This document shows positions 62,473 to 64,000 of a stretch of 64,000 nt of DNA, in pieces (position 1 is the stretch's first letter; each line of letters starts with the position of its first letter). The stretch is taken from assembly GCA_030867685.1 (NCBI GenBank), contig JAQOWU010000008.1, forward strand, positions 1,116,001 through 1,180,000, given 5' to 3'. The position numbers and the translations under genes are program-made. Under the pieces are notes generated by a model. The model searched no databases. It was not told where the DNA came from and worked only from the letters and a program-made list of their open reading frames with translations. This DNA is from Wickerhamiella versatilis (taxonomy: Eukaryota).

Positions 62473-63615
62473 ATGTCGTTACTGACTAGGGTCCGGGCTG
62501 CATTTCTTGCTGATGCGCCTGCGGATCAACATCTACAGCAGCTCGATACAAACTTTAGTTTCTTCGAGGGGCTGAGGCGTCTGCGTAGGCATCAGTGGCG
62601 ATGGCGAGATTTGCAGTTCTGCGTCATTATCCCTACGTTAATATTCTGCTTTGTTGTCTGTGAAAAACCCACACTGATTCCGCGAACACTTTTCACCCTC
62701 CTACTGATTTATCTGGTGACAGCACCAGCAACCGGCCAGTTTTTCCGAAATTTTCTGCCAACGGCAACATGGCTGTTGCTATTCTATGCCTGCCGTTATA
62801 TAAAACCGGAATGGCGACCTCCCATTTTCGTGCGTGTACTGCCAGGTTTAGAGACAATATTCTACGGTGGAGACCTTAGCGAAACACTCTCCGCCAGCAA
62901 TAATAGTTTTTGCGATATTCTAGCATGGATCCCTTACGGACTTGTCCATTTTGGTGCTCCTTTTGTTGTTTCTTTTGTTATGTTTGTATTTGGACCACCA
63001 GGATTATTGCCCGTGTTCCATTTTGCCTTTGGATACATGAACCTTATTGGGGTGATAATCCAACTCTCCTTCCCAAATGCGCCACCTTGGTATCGGAGAT
63101 TGTATGGGTTAGCCAAGGCAAATTATAGCATGAAGGGCTCTGCAGGGGGACTAGAAAGAGTTGATACTTTAACAGGCCTTAATTGGTACACCATCCCATT
63201 CAAAGAATCACCGCTGGTTTTTGGAGCATTCCCCTCGTTACATAGTGGATCTGCGGTGATGGAAGCACTGTTTATGTCGTATTTATTTCCGCAAGCTGGA
63301 CCAATTTTGGTACTTTATGTCATGTGGATATGGTGGGCAACTATGTACTTGACGCATCATTATTTCATCGACCTTATTGGTGGTGCTTTACTCAGTCTGT
63401 TCGTGTTTTATATATGCAGCATTACAATTTTGCCCCAAAAGCAGGAAGGGAAGTTTGGAAGATGGTCCTATTCTTACGTCAAACATGGTATTTCACGTGT
63501 GCCCGAATATAGTAAAGCCGTGGAAGAAGAGACATACGAACCGGAGTTTGAACTAGGAACTATTCCTAGGGATTCAGCACTGCTGTCCCGCTCCAGCACT
63601 CCAAGACCACCTTAA
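62473..63615 (+). CDS. AUR1: Inositol phosphorylceramide synthase
   Basis: RPPIFVRVLPGLE, AWIPYGLVHFGAPF, APPWY, FGAFPSLHSG and TMYLTHHYFIDL. Confidence 0.97.
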   Translation: MSLLTRVRAAFLADAPADQHLQQLDTNFSFFEGLRRLRRHQWRWRDLQFCVIIPTLIFCFVVCEKPTLIPRTLFTLLLIYLVTAPATGQFFRNFLPTATWLLLFYACRYIKPEWRPPIFVRVLPGLETIFYGGDLSETLSASNNSFCDILAWIPYGLVHFGAPFVVSFVMFVFGPPGLLPVFHFAFGYMNLIGVIIQLSFPNAPPWYRRLYGLAKANYSMKGSAGGLERVDTLTGLNWYTIPFKESPLVFGAFPSLHSGSAVMEALFMSYLFPQAGPILVLYVMWIWWATMYLTHHYFIDLIGGALLSLFVFYICSITILPQKQEGKFGRWSYSYVKHGISRVPEYSKAVEEETYEPEFELGTIPRDSALLSRSSTPRPP

Positions 63616-63804
63616 TTTATTTAAAACCTTACTTTAGCTCTTTAGGGGCCGCCTGGGAAGGAATGGAAAATCACCGTTACATAATAGATTAGCCGCACGG
63701 GAATAGGAAGAAGACCCAACTCAGCTCAGAGAAGTAAAATTTGACGTGCCACCACTCGTTCTCTCCAACCAAAATTACTCTAGAGTGGGTTGGTCCACCT
63801 GCAA

Positions 63805-64000
63805 ATGGGCTTGAAACATATTTTTGGCCGAAAAAATCCTCGCGGAAACGAGGACAACAACTCCGCGTACCACCAGAGAGGTGGTGGCCACGTGCCACCT
63901 TCTTCCTCGTTGTCGACTGGTACATCTATCAGTAAGAGTAGTTCAAATGCCTCAGTAGAGGAAAAACCGCATACCACCACTCCTCAGCACGATTCTTCCG
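63805..64000 (+). CDS. 5' end of a gene running off the right edge (MGLKHIFGRKNPRGNEDNNSAYHQRGGG...)
   Basis: ATG at 63805 with the frame open to the window end, encoding a Ser-rich disordered N-terminus. It is absent from the ORF track because it has no stop in the window. Confidence 0.65.
   Translation, partial: MGLKHIFGRKNPRGNEDNNSAYHQRGGGHVPPSSSLSTGTSISKSSSNASVEEKPHTTTPQHDSS

Noticed and set aside
63689..63980. Short ORFs listed near the right edge
   Set aside because: They are better explained by the + strand gene starting at ATG 63805 and running out of the window.
1..64000. tRNA, rRNA, CRISPR arrays, LTR or DNA transposons, and CUG recoding
   Set aside because: I recognised no cloverleaf or box A/B pairs, spaced repeats, LTRs, or transposase/RT motifs by eye. 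CTG occurs at conserved Leu positions.

Overview
This is gene-dense budding-yeast (Saccharomycotina) chromosomal DNA, almost free of introns, with about 37 protein-coding genes. It uses the standard code: CTG falls at a conserved Leu in the CDC1 FLGDLFDGG motif. The compactness and gene content suggest a Trichomonascaceae or Wickerhamiella/Starmerella-like yeast, but that is inference only. Most genes are housekeeping: HAP2, COG1-like, VRG4, TCA17, MDN1, ERG20, SMC5, EBP2, SNU114, OHCU decarboxylase, TOM20, UFD2, MCT1, PRT1, YAP180, a KapC-like bZIP, DUF4112, YNG2, PEP7, SAS4, CDC1, SEC10, AFG2, DBF2, GPI2, GET1, an OPT transporter, CKB1, JAC1, DRE2, STF2, SOK1-like and AUR1. I found no tRNA, rRNA, CRISPR array, transposon or clearly horizontally acquired cluster, and I cannot support a wholly new multi-gene system. 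The best leads are: (1) a bZIP gene bracketed by two predicted spliceosomal introns, one in the 5' leader with a uORF and candidate autoregulatory site, one whose donor overlaps the stop codon; (2) its divergent neighbour, an orphan with a PIP-box-like motif and an 8-Cys FYVE/SIVA-like finger; (3) PEP7 and CDC1, each broken by one missing base in a homopolymer, probably assembly error, although the CDC1 site is a canonical -1 slippery heptamer; (4) recurrent telomere-like TTAGG/TTAGTCAG motifs just upstream of many start codons; (5) a shrunken Snu114; (6) tandem gene spacers as short as 9 bp.
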